A stretch of 61,101 nt of DNA, filler included, from Basidiobolus ranarum (GCA_040143965.1; 4 parts of 4 records of this genome joined end to end with filler, not necessarily neighbours in it); one strand, 5' to 3'; positions 1 through 13,889 are shown, counted from the whole stretch's first letter. A program made the numbers and translations. The notes: generated from the sequence alone by a model not told the origin.

Positions 1-12
1 CATAGCATATAA

Positions 13-85
13 GGACTGGTAGCTCAGTGGTTAGAGCACCTTGCTAGAGTGAAGGAGGTCCCAGGTTCAATTCCTGGCCAGACCA
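13..85 (+). tRNA. tRNA-like sequence / probable tRNA pseudogene (apparent anticodon AGA, short variable loop)
   Basis: Cloverleaf: GGACTGG/CCAGACC acceptor (A.A mismatch at 3:70), D arm GCTC-AGTGGTTA-GAGC, CCTTG-CTAGAGT-GAAGG anticodon arm (G.G at 31:39), T arm CCAGG-TTCAATT-CCTGG. Only T3 follows. Confidence 0.65.
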
Positions 86-89
86 ATAT

Positions 90-1500
90 TTCTCCCTAAA
101 TAATTTCAACAGGATTGTGCATTGAGGCCATAAAATCGTACAAGCTTACTGATGGTTGGTATGTCACCAACACATACAATGATATCAGTTTTAAAGAAAT
201 ATTCACACATCTGAACCCCATTAGATAACCATTCAAATTTCATCAAAAAGCTCCCAGAAGCTATCTATAAGCACTGGTGATATAAGGCCAGATACAATGG
301 ATCATATCCAAATATTATAAATTTTATACCTATAGGAATGAGGAAGATGTAAGGTAATATTATTGACTAGCAAGCCTTTTCAATGGTAAATTAGTTTAGT
401 GAGAAACCATCCAGAGCTAATGCAAATACCTGATCATATGTGATTTCAAAGAAACCTTAACTTTGCAGATTCTGGTGGTGATATCCATCAAGTATATTGG
501 TAATACCATCAGCTGTATGGTGAGTACTTTGGTATTGGATCAATGATATATATTTGGGTGATTTCATCAAACTTTAAGATGGGGTATCAATGGTATGTAT
601 GCAGATATAAGCAATATTTACCTGAATCAGTGAATGGCAATTGAGTGCAAACAGTACATGAGTTCAGGTTTTTCAGATCACCAGTGAAAGCCAAACAACC
701 ATTTGTACCTGAAAGAAGTTTAATTAATGAAGGATTAGAAGTCATATAATTGATAACTGTTTTCTACTTGTACCAGGTCTGTGGCAAGCAACAGTTGCCA
801 GTCATCTTTGGTTGGAGTATAAGAAAACTAATAAGCACCTGCTTGCTCAGATTAGATTCAACTCTCCACTCCTCAGTAATCAATACTGCTTCCTTTGCTG
901 AAAGTGTTATGAGTGGACCAATGCAGCCAATCACAAAAGTGTGTAACAAAGTCATTGTTTTTCTTCTGCATCTTTTGATATATTACCATCAGTACTGGAA
1001 TAACCAAGGTCAACATCTAGCAGCATATCCTCAAAGTTATCCAGACTTACAGGTTCAACCAAAGTTGCACATCTAGCTACATCATTCTGGTCATATAACT
1101 TTGGTAACTGCACAGTATCTTGACTTTTGGCAGTGTTACCTAAACTTTGAGGTAAAGTACAGAAAGCAGACTCAGTGGGCAATACTAAAGTCAATTTTAT
1201 GCACTTATTACTATTGATATTCACCATGCTTAATGCAGCTGATGGCTTTGTATAGTGACCATGCATGTGATTCTTTTCTATTCAGCATCCAGCTTTCATG
1301 GCACTGGAATTTGTGACAATAATAGCAGGGCTTCTTGAAACGTTCATGTTGTGGCATGAAAAGAATATTATCAAAAAACAATATTTCCTGCATAAGGGTG
1401 GTACTTTAGGTATATTGCATCTATATCATCAGCTAATTCTGAGATGGTGTCACATATGAGTCATCTGGAGTTTTGGTTTCTCATAAGAGTTTTCCAAGCA
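90..1500 (-). mobile_element. Degenerate CMC/EnSpm (CACTA)-like transposase, copy A (N-terminal half)
   Basis: Visibly homologous to 7080-7910. N-terminal KKPCYYCHK..CH motif in ORF 1211-1393; many stops and frameshifts. Confidence 0.7.
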
Positions 1501-1679
1501 ATTTCATTATACCAAGTTTACCATGTGAAATAGCAATGCCCTCAAAAAGCATTAAAAATCCAAATCCAAATTAGCTTGCCAGCAATAGCCTGCTAGCATA
1601 AAAGGAAAAACCAGCAAGAACAGAGGACTCAAATGATGAGTAGTCCAGTGAGTAACTATCCTCTCTGAAAGGCATTAAC

Positions 1680-2950
1680 ATGCTGGAAACTAACTCAAGT
1701 AATGAAGGGACATTAATCAGCTTATCAGATGTGTACCTTTCCAGTAATAGTACAAGTGAAGAGATTATAATCCCCCAATTACAGAGCAAGTCAATAGTGG
1801 AGCAATGTTTACTAGAAAAATCATCAAGACCATCAACTTCCAAAATGCTTACTTTGCCAACTGCTGAACACTCTTCTGTGGACAATTTGGATAGAATTAT
1901 TACAAAAAGAGAATTTCTGGTAAAATGCTTCAATGATATATTTATGATCATAAGTAAAAACTACAAAAATGCTTTACAGGTCATGCAAAGCAAAAATTCT
2001 GCAATAGTGCAATTAATGCAGCATTCTCAAGCAAGTAGTCAGCAGTTAGAAAGTCACTCAACAATGATACTAAGCCATTAAAATGCTATACTTGAGCTAC
2101 AGCAACATGCTGCCCTCTCCATCAATTCCAATATGGGATTAAAATCCATCCCACACCATATCTATGAACACCACCATGACAATGTAGCAGAGCAGAATAT
2201 ATGCTAGACCATTAAAACTCTACAAAGACTCAATATTGCATGGGCACATAAAAGTAGAAATGTCATAGGAAACCAAGCAAACCAAAAGACTCCAAATGTC
2301 CGAGCTGCTGTCACTTACTCTGATGATGAGTTGTTTAACATCTTGGAATCTGTTTGGAATCTTGCCTGGAATTACCTCAATTTGAGCTAATTATGGAAAA
2401 ACCAAAAACCAAGCATTGCTTGTGGAAACATAAAAAACCAAGTATTACTCTGAAGGTTCTTGACTTATTTCATATGGTTTATTCTGGGTTTTTGCAAGCA
2501 AATGGCAACTAGGCTAATATAGGCCTATTCTTGGAACATCTTCAAAAATATAATCAATTATTAACTTGGTAAAGAAAAAAAAGCGGCTAGAGCTGAACTC
2601 AAGGAGCAGGAAGTTAATAAAGTTAAGGGAAAAGCAAAGGCATCAGTGAGTCTAGGCTCTACTGTCCCACTTAGCAAATTCTTCACACCATTACAAAGAT
2701 CTGTAATTCCAGAGTCAGATATACTGGCAAAAAAGCTTAATTTTACCATGGAACCTGGTACAGCAGTTGGAAAGTGCTAAGTTTGCAAGTTTATTCAACA
2801 CCTGGCATCACTCAACAAGCCAAAACACCAGCAGATAAAGCTCATGGCTCTCCAACCTCAACGCTACTTTCCAAAGTGTTAAATCAGCCTCAAACTTAAT
2901 GGCAAGAAAAGGCAACACAAACTCCACAAATTGCCCTCAATACTGTTGCA
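1680..2950 (+). mobile_element. Degenerate second ORF, divergent from the transposase (coiled-coil-like segment)
   Basis: ORF 1680-2081 (..NALQVMQSKNSAIVQLMQ..QQLESHSTMI) recurs at 14681-14971 in the same position relative to the transposase 5' end. Confidence 0.5.
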
Positions 2951-3259
2951 CTACAAGGACATATTAAATAGTAGAAGTGCATGGGGAGTGTTTTCCAAAG
3001 TATGAAGGGAAAAACACAGTGCAAGTATACAGAGAGTTGCTACAGAAGAAGGACATTTAGCTGGACATTCAGTTTGGTTTTGACCATGTAGATATCTGGG
3101 AAGAACTTAATACAGTGGCACAACATCACAGGGTATATGCTAGATAGCTGGAAAAAAGTTGATTCAGCAAGATTGATATAATGGTGGGCTTTGATGGAGA
3201 TATTGGTACAAACTCATGTTGGATACAAGCTAAACCTTGGGTTTGAAGAACTATATAAA

Positions 3260-3565
3260 AATATTCAAGTGAACATATCAAAGAAACTAGGGATTTCAAA
3301 GGTGACAAATTAGCATTCAAGTTGTGAATGTGTAAATTTGAGTAATGTTCTTCAAAAATGTGTTGATCCATAGTTCTCTGAATTTCTAGCCTATCATGTT
3401 CAACTAGTTTGCAAGATCTTGAATTTTCACTCCTGAAACTGTAAAAATCAATTGAAATCAAATCCAACTTGGCAATTTTACAATGGTAAGTAAATGTTCA
3501 ATCCAAAATGGATTAAAATTTTGACAGTTTTCCTACAATAGTAATCCTCAAATATCTGTCAGGGT
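3260..3565. repeat. About 300 bp repeat, left arm of an inverted pair
   Basis: Its reverse complement aligns by eye with 3808-4112; shared blocks include ATTGTAGGAAAAC, TTAATCCATTTTGGATT and CTTTGAAATC.CTAGTTTCTTTGA. Confidence 0.85.
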
Positions 3566-3569
3566 CTTT

Positions 3570-5200
3570 CAAAGAGTCCCAAGATTGGACCTATGCCTGC
3601 ATAGCTCAAATATATAAATCCTTGACTGTGAAAGCAACCTTGAATGGTTCTCACTTTACACATTGGAGATCTGCAATGGCTGATGAATACCAGGTTTGAT
3701 TGATAATCAAACTTGGATTTTAACAAACTTTTCTGTTGATAGAAAGAAAATGGGCTGCAATGTGTGTTTAGAGTAAAATACAACTCTGAACACAATATGG
3801 AAAGATACACTCTAGCAGAAATTTAAGGATTGACATTGTAGGAAAACCATCACAATGTTAATCCATTTTGGATTACCCCTTTATGTATCATCATAAAACT
3901 GTCAAGATATATTTGATTTTAATCAACTTTGTCAGTTTTAGGAATGACACTTCAAGAACTTGCAAAATAGATGCACATGATTGGCTACAATCTGAGAGAG
4001 CTATAGGTCAACATATGTGAAAAAAACATAACTCAAATCTTACACAATTGTCACTTGCACCCCAATTTGCCATCTTTGAAATCTCTAGTTTCTTTGAGAT
4101 ATTTTCCTGATATGCAGGAACCTTTGCTATTGTAAAAAAGTCAATTGCAATTAGATTGATTTTAGCAACTTCAGCTAGATATCAGTTTATTACAAATCCA
4201 ATGGATGGGAAAACTGCTTTTTTGATGGAAAGTTTGCTGAGGAGAGCAATATGGACCATCTTGAAGTATTTGGTGACACAGAAAACCTTAAAAAGCTTGC
4301 AGACTGTGGAAAACACTCCAGCTGGAAACAATCTCTAAGAGCTTATAATAGAAGCATAGTAGCTTTTTTGGATAAAGTCAAATTCAAACAGAGTTTTGTG
4401 GACTATAGTATTTGCTTGTGGTCAGATGAAACAAATCCAGTGTAGCTAGTTTTATATGTAGATAACCTTTCCATAGCCACCAATCACTTAGAGACTTTGA
4501 AAAGAATCAAATCCAAGTTATCTGTCTAACTCAAAATAGCTGATCTGGCTGAACTGACATACTATCTTGCAATTCAAGTTAACATAGATAGAACTGATAA
4601 AACAATAACTTTAAACCAGCTTCAGTATATCCTTGATATTCTAAAGAAGTTAAAAATGGAGGAATGTCATGCAGTATCTACCTCAATGAGGTCAAATCTT
4701 AACTTGACCAAAAGTGGCTCACACTGAATGTTCTTGTACTCAAACAAAGCCACAAATCTTCTTATCAATCTTTGGTTAATATGTTGATACATATCATTGT
4801 TGAAACATGTCCTGATAGTACATATTTTGTGGGAGTTACCTGCCAATATCTTCAGAATTTTAGAGCTGACTAATTCAATGCAGTTAAGCAGATTCTCAGA
4901 TATTCAACAGGATGTGTGAATCAGTACTTAAGATACACTTATTCTGGATCATACTTTGATTTGCTGGGATATCAGATGCAAATTGAGGAAGCAATATTGA
5001 AGACAGGAGATATACCACAGGATATTTATCTCTTATCTATAATGGAGCTATCTCTTAAAATGCAAAGAAACAACATACCAAGGCACTTTCATCAACAGAA
5101 GCAGAATACATTGCTGCCTGTAAAGTAAAATGAAAAGCAATTTGATCTAGAAAAGTCTCTCTAACAGAAATAAAATTGACTTAATTAGATTTAATCCAAC
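3570..5200 (+). mobile_element. Degenerate Ty1/copia RT-RNaseH fragment, interrupted at 3808-4112
   Basis: HWRSAMADEY..IDNQTW..DRKKMGC..VFRVKYN..ERY at about 3650-3810; after the insertion YAGTF..AIRLIL..MDGKTAFL, then YVDNL, LLGYQ and downstream RNaseH remnants. Confidence 0.8.
3808..4112. repeat. About 300 bp repeat, right arm of the inverted pair, embedded in copia RT
   Basis: Inverted homolog of 3260-3565. Confidence 0.85.
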
Positions 5201-5219
5201 CTTCTGGATTGCATAACCA

Positions 5220-7910
5220 TCAGAGAACCATTGCAACATTGGTGGCTTGCATTGTGCCTGGGATTTTGATTGTAAGACAGCAGCTTCTTGATGATACTTT
5301 GATGGTGTTTGTCCATGGTAAAATATTGATCCTCTTATTTGGCATGCATAATTGGATGTCCAACAATTTCTGCAACAAACTAATTTTTAATGGCAAGTTA
5401 CTGTGCTTACTGCTATAGATATTCAAAATAGTATGCATGCCTGTATTTAAATATTTTAGGCTTTGTCTTCCAGCCATAATGGGATTAAGAAATATAAGAA
5501 TCTTGTTGTGTTTAGTCTCTACATATTCACATACTTGTCTCATTAGACATAAGTTATCAACATCAATATGCTTTTCCAGCAAACTAATGGTGGAAATATT
5601 GTTAAATATCTGAAATTTTGAATAGCACTGACACTTGGCAAATAGCTGACTTATGTTGCTGTTCACAATGAGAATAAGCTCTTGGATTTTGGCAAATTGC
5701 AGTAGCTGTCAATAATGTCCTGTCAAAAGTTAATGACTCATTGGACTTGTTCCATTGTACCAAGATTTATCAGACCTTGGATCAATATATCAGAGTAAAT
5801 GTGATTGAAATTGATCATGCCAGAGGGTGATGGATAGTGCCAAATTGTGCCGCATAAATTTTAGAATACTTTATCCAATATGATATATACAGCACAATCT
5901 GGCACTATCACAGAGAACAAGTCCATTACTTGAATAGATTACCCCATGACTTAAACAATGATACTCTGCTTCTTGAGCTATCTTAACTAGAAATCTGTCT
6001 TGCAGCTGTCCTAGAAATTCCATCAGGTTATCACACAAACAAATTAGGCCAAGTTATAGAGGTACATATTCTGAGTCCAAGGATTGGGTGTTATTGGTTT
6101 TTTTGTGCTCAAACAATGCAAAAACCCGTGAGCATATTGAATAGAGCCTTTTGTTGAAAGGTTAATGTACTCTGGAGTCTCCTTAACCCATTGCATTACA
6201 CTAATCACTAATTTTGCTGATATGTTGTTAATCAGATTGGAACATGGTAGTACTGATGATTTGACAAGGAGCATCATATCACTGCAGGTGTTCTCCATTG
6301 GGAACCCTCAGAATGTATAACGAGGACCTAAAATCTCTAAGCATTGTGTAAGATGCAACAGGGAATGTATTGAATACCAGCATAAATTCAGTCTATCTTC
6401 TTACACCTGTAATACAGTTTAAAATCCATTTACAAAATCTTTGCATAGTTGCTGTATCTGGCTGAGATCTGCTGACATGAGTTGATGCCATAAAAATATA
6501 TCAGATGCTGAATCTGCCTAAGATCTCTAATATAGATTGATGCTGGAAGAATGTATCAACAATATTCACAAACAACACCCAATGTTGCCAATACTTATCA
6601 GGCAAAAATCTTTTCAAGATATCACTTCATTAAATATGAATCCAATACTTCCTGTCAATGAATTTTATTAAATGCCTGGATTAGTAGATATTGATAGCAG
6701 TCTTAACAAAATTAGAGGGTATTTTAACATTTCAAGAATTTTCTCAATTGATTCAAACTTTGATTCTATCTCAAATGGCTCATTCATATGGAGTTTTCCA
6801 TCTTATAGCTGAGTAAGTAGTATTGTAATGTTATTGAATAGTAGGTACATAATGCCTAACAGGCAGCTTTGGCACCAGCTGATCCACTTTAGCAATTAAA
6901 TGATAGGCTTACGACTATTCCAAAGTTTGATGTTAGCCTGACCATTTGGGGAAGTAATATCAGTGAGTATATTGAAATCTGACTGGGCTCTTGATGGTAA
7001 AATCATGGAGTTAAGTGTTATATCAGGATAGTAGTCATACATAGGCCAGGTAGAGTAAACTCCAATGATTTGACAAAATCTACAGCAATATTGTATGTAG
7101 TCCCTGCAAAAACCTTCAAGTTTAATGATGGCAGGAGTGTCACCAATACATACAATGGTATTAGGTTTAATAAAATATTTGTCCATCTTGACCCCATAAG
7201 AAAACCATTGAACTGCCACAATCAAGGGCTTGCAGAAGCTATCTGTAATCACTGGTGATTTAAATCCAAATATGATGGATAGTCTCAAAGTATGATGACC
7301 TTTGTACCAATCAGAAGGAGGAAGATTTAAGTTTAGTAAAATTATTGACCAGCAAGCCTTTCCAACAGTATATTTGTTTAGTGAGGAACCATCCAGAGCC
7401 AATGCAAATGCATGATCATATGTGATCTCCAAGAAACCTTGAATTTTGAGATTCTGGTAGTGATATCCATAAAGTATATTGGTAGTACCATCAGCTTTAC
7501 AGTGAGTACTCTGGTATTGGATCAATGATCCATATTTGGGTGATTTCATTGAAAACTTCAAGACAGGGAATCAACTGTATGTAAGCCAAATATGAACAAT
7601 AAGTACCTGATGTCATGATAGCTAATTGTGTGCCAACAGTACATGACTTCAGGTTTTTCAGATCACTGGTGAAAGCCAAGCAACCATTTGGACATGAAGG
7701 TAGTTTAATTACTGAAGGATTGTAAGTCATACAATTGTCAAATTTTTCCACTTGTACCTGGTCTGTAGCAAGCAACAGTTGCCATTCAACTGTGGTCAAA
7801 GTGTAAGAAAACAATATATACCTGGTTGCTAAGATTGGATTGAACTCTCCACTCCTCAATAATCAAAGCTGCTTTCTTTACAGTAAGTGTTATGAGTGGA
7901 CTAATGTTTG
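5220..7910 (-). mobile_element. Degenerate CMC/EnSpm-like transposase, copy B (most complete)
   Basis: ORF 6896-7561 has ALALDG..CWSIILLNLNLPPS..GFKSP..DSFCKPL..GDTPA..CRFC (Transposase_21-type core). SCPNGC motif upstream; DUF4218-like GP..GFPME..LVKS..NLINN downstream. Confidence 0.8.
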
Positions 7911-7989
7911 CCAATAAGAGCCCTTTGTTGGAAGAATAACATACTCAGGAGTCTCCTCAACCCATCCACTACATCCATCATGGATTTTG

Positions 7990-8890
7990 TGGATAAGTGG
8001 TTATTCAGATTAACATACAATAAAACTGACAATTTCACACATAGCATCATTTCACTGCAGGTGCACTCCATTGGGAGCTCCCAGAATGTATATCAAGGGC
8101 CTATAAGCACTAAGCATTGTGAAATATGCAGCAGGGAATGTATTGAATACTGGCATAGATTCAGTCTATCTTCCCTGAACCTGTAATAAAGGTTTTTGTA
8201 TCCAATTACAAAATGTTTGCACAGTCATAGTATCTGACTGAGATCTGCCAATGTAAGCTGATGCCATAAGAATATATTAACAATATTGACAAACTACTCC
8301 TTATGTTGCCAATGCTTTTCATGCAGAAATCTTTTCTAGATTCCACTTGAATATTTCAATCAAATACTTCCAGTTTGTGCATTTGAGTGAATGCCTAGAT
8401 GAGCGGAAATTGATAAGATCCCTGGTAAGATATGATGGGATCTTGACATTTTCAAGCATTTTCCCAATCAATACAAACTTTGATCCTATCTTAAATGGCA
8501 CATTCCAATTGAGTTTTCTACTATACAGATGAGTAAGTAGTATTGGAATGTTGTTGAATAGTAAGTGCATAGTGCCCAATCAGAAGCTCTGGCTCCAGCA
8601 GATCCCTTTCTGCAATAAAGTCTTAGGCTTACAGCTAATACCAAGTTTGATGGTAGACTGACTATTTGATATATTGATATTGATGAGCATGTTGAAATCT
8701 GACCAGGCTCTAGACAATAAAATCATGGAGTTTGGTGTTGTATTTGGATATTAATAATGCATACACCTCATAGAGTAAACTCCATTGATTTGACAAAATC
8801 TACAGCAAGATAGTGAATTGTGCATGTGAAAGCCTCACAGTTTACTAATGGCAGGAGTTTCACCAACACATACAATATTATTAGGTGAAA
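7990..8890 (-). mobile_element. Degenerate CMC/EnSpm-like transposase, copy C
   Basis: Direct homolog of about 6210-7160, e.g. GGGAATGTATTGAATAC..CATA.ATTCAGTCTATCTTC and AGAGTAAACTCCA.TGATTTGACAAAATCTACAGCAA. Confidence 0.8.
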
Positions 8891-8919
8891 GCATGTTTTC
8901 AATATAACAATAAATTCAG

Positions 8920-9650
8920 TTCATGTCTTGATTTTGAGCTTTCTCTTGTATAGGATGATGTCATACATCAATATGTTTCATCCTTCAGTTATGCTTAGGC
9001 TATTGGATGAGCTGAATAAAACTAATGTTTTCTTAACATAATGAGGTAGGATTAGCTTAGTGGTATCCCAATTCCTCAAAAACCCCTTGGCCATATAGCT
9101 TCCTAAACAGCCATAGACCTTGTCATATACTCTGCTCTGTAGTGAAGATGCAATTGTTTGTGGTTTCTTACTAATCCAGCTTATTAGTTCACCACCTAGT
9201 CCAAATACATATCCAGTTCTGTGTTTATGGTCTTCTGAGTTGCTAGCCCACTCTGCATCATAATATCCTTCCAAAGTGAGTGACATGTTGTACTGTGTAG
9301 TATATTGAATTTCAGAATGTTTAGTTCCTTTCAGATACTGTATTATCTGTTTCACAGCTACCCAATGTTGCTTTGCAGGATTTTCCTTATTTTGACATGC
9401 TATGCTTACAGCTTTAGCAAGGTAAGGCTCAATAGCAGCTGTTGCATATGTGAGAATTCCAACTGCTATATGGTAAGAAATATGCCTCATGATTTCTATA
9501 TCTTGGGAGGTTTATGGTTGCATGTCCTTAGTGCATTTCAGGATACATGATGAATGTGAAGTTTTTTAGATTTGGACACATCAGACTTGTTGCATTTCAT
9601 TTGGGCCATATCAGGCCAGCTAAAAAGCGTGCCAGCACAATTTAGCATGA
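8920..9650 (-). mobile_element. Degenerate Ty1/copia RT/RNaseH fragment
   Basis: QHWVAVKQIIQYLKGT..LEGYYDAEWAS..RTGYVF..ISWISKKPQTIASS. Confidence 0.85.
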
Positions 9651-9767
9651 TTGGGCACTGTCTAACACAATGTTATATACCATTTCAGAAGTGGTTGTTT
9701 CACTTATGTGGTATATTTAGAAAAAGTACTTTTGGATATTATGGCACATTCAAAAATGTTAAAAGAT

Positions 9768-10270
9768 TTATTCATAGTATCTTAAGTCAAGAGCTCCCAA
9801 TTGACACCTTTGAGTACAAATGTAGTTGGAATTAATCAAAATTTTGACTACTTTAGCTAACTTTGATTGAGGCCCACATAATAGTTTTCCTCTATACTCT
9901 TCTGCCACAATGCTATATCTCTTCAGCAAGGCAAAGGCATGCTCCACTCCAGCTCTCATGTTGAAAAATATCATGGTAAAGCTTTTGCCTCTTTGTAAGT
10001 ATCCCTCCACATAGCCTCTTGTTAACTGTGGCACATCCTGGCCCTCAGCATTATTCCCAGCATATGCCAGATCAGTCATAGTTATTGGGAAAATATGGGC
10101 TGTTTGGAGGAACTTTAGAAAAGTGGCATTGCAAATAGCTTTGTTGGATAATTATTTATTGTCCAGAAATGAAGCATTTATACATTGTGGTAGAAATAAA
10201 GAAAACTAACACTGGGGTTGTGTTCAGAGCATCTGTGGGAGTGAAACAAGATATCTTTGGGCAATTTGGA
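9768..10270 (-). mobile_element. DDE_Tnp_4-type (PIF/Harbinger-ISL2EU-like) transposase C-terminal fragment
   Basis: DLAYAG...RAGVEHAFALLKRYSIVAEEYRGK matches the D.GY.G / R..VE..F..LK signature. Confidence 0.6.
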
Positions 10271-10274
10271 CAGG

Positions 10275-10459
10275 TTTGAAATTTCCAGTATGGAATTGCT
10301 AATTCTCACATTATTCATGTATATATATCATATATGTTCCAATTTGCAGTTAAGTGATATTTGACTAAGTAATCTTAATTAGCTTATATGTCATATATGA
10401 AATAGTTAGGTATAATAAGATAGAGATAATAAATATGATAAACATAATAAACTTCAACA
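10275..10459 (-). repeat. 3' LTR of the copia element (left boundary approximate)
   Basis: TGTTG begins immediately after the PPT; a degraded AATTTCAA-like terminus lies near 10275. Confidence 0.6.
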
Positions 10460-13400
10460 CTCCCACTCAACTATATGTTTGTATATCTTAACCCTAACTT
10501 AAATCTGAATTCATCAAATTTTGGCTTGGGTAATGGTTTGTTAAGGATGTCAGCAATCATGTCCCCAGTTTGACAGTATTCTAGTTGGATGTGCTTTTTC
10601 TCAATAGCTTCCCTAACAAAGTGATGTTGAATGTCAATATGCTTACTTTTAGCATGAAATTTGGGATTTTTAGCTAAAGAAATACAGCTTTGATTAACCT
10701 TGAAAATTATGGTGGGTGAACTTTGAAAAATGCCCAAAGCTTTGAACAGTTTCCTTAGCCATATAGCCTCCTTTGTTGTATGAGATGCTGCCATGTCCTC
10801 TGCTTCAGTTACTGCAAGTGCTATGGTGGGTTGTTTATTGCTATTCCAAGATATGGCTGCTTCACTATAGAGAAAGATATATCCAGTGATAGATCTTCTG
10901 TCCTTAATTTCACATCTTTAATCAGCATCAGTTAACCCAATTAGATTGTTATTCTCATAAGAATATGTGTATCTTAATTGCTGATCAATTGTCCCCTTCA
11001 AATATCAGAAAATATGCTTAACTGCTGCAAAATGCTCAGATCCTGGGTTTTGCACATGTTGGCTAACTACTTCTGTTGCAAAGGAGATATCTGGCCAGGT
11101 TCCAGTCATAGCATAGATCCAACAATCTACCATGGATTGATAAGGGAACTCAGGGCCTTTAAATGACATATTTTGAGCCATATTTAGCTAATTTGCATCA
11201 TTTTTGATACAATTTTTGACTGGTTTCAAACCTGGATCCATGGGAGTTGTTACTAGCTTACTTTTCACCATCCTGTCACATCTGAGAATGTCTGCAATGT
11301 ATCTAGACTGATTCAGAGTAAGAGATTTGCACAATATATCTGTATGGATCTGCAGGCACACAAGATATGTAAGTTCACTTAAATCGGTCATCTTGAATTG
11401 GACTGATAGACCTCTTTTGGTGTTCCTGAGAGCTTCATCATTATTGGTAGCTATTATCAGATCACCTACTAATAAGGCAAGTATCTCCATACTATCCTTA
11501 TCTGTCTCAAAGTAGATCTCATAAGCCGCCATACTCTCTTGGAAATCAAGTGATTCCAAGTATGTGTCTATCTTAGTGTACCAGGCCCTTGGTTATTGTT
11601 TAAGTCCATAAAGTGAGTTATGTAGCCTACACACATTCTCAGGGTGTGCAGGATCCACAAAACCATCCGGTTGATCTATGAATATATCCTCTTCCAAGTT
11701 CCCATTCAAAAAGGCAGTTTTAGCATCCATTTGATGGATTTTTAAGCTGTGTTTTGCTGCTACTGATAGTATGGTTCTGATGGAATTAAACTTTGCTACA
11801 GGAGCAAATGTTTCATTGTAGTCCACTCCTTACATTTGAGAGTAACCTTTAGCAACAAATCTGGCTTTATATCTTTCTACAGATCCATCAGCTTGCATCT
11901 TAACTCTAAAGACCCATTTGCATCCAATTGGTTTTTGGTCATCAGGTAACTAGAGCAAAGTCCAAGTTTGGCTATCTATGAGTGACTGATACTTTTCTTC
12001 CATTGCAGCACTCCAAAACTTCATGTTGGGACTTTCCATAGCCTCCTGTGCTGATTAGGATTCATCAGAAAAGGCTAACTTAGACCTAGGCTCCTTTTAG
12101 GTAGTGTGAGAGTAGTAATCAGGTAGAGTTCTCATCCAATTAGATCTCCCAATACAGGAAACTGGCACTACAGCTTCTGGTATCACTTTCTGCTATGAAG
12201 CTACCTCAGGCTTGTTTGGGGAGACTGCAGGTGAGGAATTTTCAATGTTTGTCTCACTGATCTGGATCTGGTGAGAGAAAGAAGAATTTCCATCAAATTT
12301 TGGTTGTTTTTCTTGATCCTGGATTGTTTTGATTAAAATTTTTCTTCTTCAGCAAATTCCACAACCTCTGACTTGATTAGCCTCTTATTTTCAGTGTCAT
12401 GTAGTCTGTTCCCTTTTTGTTCCATCACAACATCCCAAAAAAAGACATTTCTGGCTTTTTTGGTCTAATTTTGATCTCTTCTGGTTGGGAATCATTGCAT
12501 ATATGGTACTTTCAAAAACTCTGAGATCAGCCACATCAGGTTTACTTCCAAACCAAGCTTGATATGGTGTCTTAGCTAATGGAGACCTAGAATGACATCC
12601 ATTCCCAATATATACTGCAGTTTCAACTGATTCAGCCCAGAACTATTATGGTAAATCTTGATCATGAAGCATTGCTCTTGCCTTTTCCATTATTGATCTT
12701 GCTTTTTCCATTATTGTTCTGTTTGCACATTCTGCTACTCCATTCTGCTGTGGAAAATATGGCACTGTAGTCTGCTGCTTCATCCCATGTGTTGAGCAGA
12801 AGTTAGAGAAGAGTTTTGAGGTAAATTCCCCTCCATTATCAGTATGGATAATCTTAATCTTTAGACCTGTTTCAGTCTCCACCATTGCCTTGAACTTCTT
12901 CGAGGTATCAAAGGCTTAATTGTTACTAGCCAGAAAGTATGCCCAAGAATACTTTGTCTCATTATCAATAAAGATCATATATTACATTTTCCCACCTCAG
13001 GATTTTGTCTGCATTAGGCCGCACAGATCTGAGTGTATCGAGCCCAATTGTTGATGATATTTGCTCATTCCAGAGCCCAAAAATGGCTGTGTGTGTTGCC
13101 TACCATATTGGCAACCTTCACATAGCTCCCAATCTGGTGGAATTCCAAAACATAGTCCCAAAACCATCTTGTCTTGGATTATATTTCTCATATTTTCAGC
13201 TCCAAGATGACCTAGTCTCCTATGCCAGATTTTTCAGTCTATCTCTTCAGCTGTGACAGTATTAACTTGTTCATGTATTGGCCTAATATAATCCAGTTTA
13301 TACAAATTATTTTACTTAGCTCCAGAAGCTACATAATACCCTTTTTGATCCCTAATTGTATAGCCATTTTGATCAAAATGAAAGCTATATCCCTCAGATG

Positions 13401-13880
13401 TAGCTTTACTAACAGATTACAATTTTTTTGCTATCCCAGGCATATATAGCACATTTTTCAGTGTAAATACATGTCCCAGAGATGCCCCCAAAATCCACAT
13501 CATTTTCTCTCACTACCAGAGCTTCTATTGGCTAGTCATCTCCCATATAAACCTTCTTGTTTATGTCAGTGTTGAGTATCTTAAACCAGTTTTCTTGATA
13601 GCAGAAATGTTGAGAGGCTCCAGAATCAATATACCACATCCTACAGTCTTGTTCAGAGGTCAATGATAGGGCAGAAATGAACAAAACCTCCTCTTTAGCT
13701 GAAACCTGATTTGCTTTTTCTGACTTCTCATTTCTGTTGTAATTTCTTGATTTGCAATTTTTTAACTAGGGTACTGGTTTGTTGCAACCATAGCATAAGC
13801 CTGGTTTCCTTCTTCTGTAACCTTTGTACCTGCCAAAGCTACATTTTCCAGTTCCAAAAAGAGCTACTTTCTCAGATTCT
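10275..13880 (-). mobile_element. Ty1/copia retrotransposon, 5'-truncated and degenerate
   Basis: Copia domain order: knuckle CYGC..C, protease WYIDSGASQH, CEGCQYG, integrase HSDLCG / TDNGGEF / QQNGVAE, RT ETFAPVAK / MDAKTAFLNG, RNaseH KSKHIDIQHHFVRE; then PPT GAGTGGGAG and an LTR starting TGTTGAAG. Confidence 0.93.
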
Positions 13881-13889
13881 TTTTCCAAA

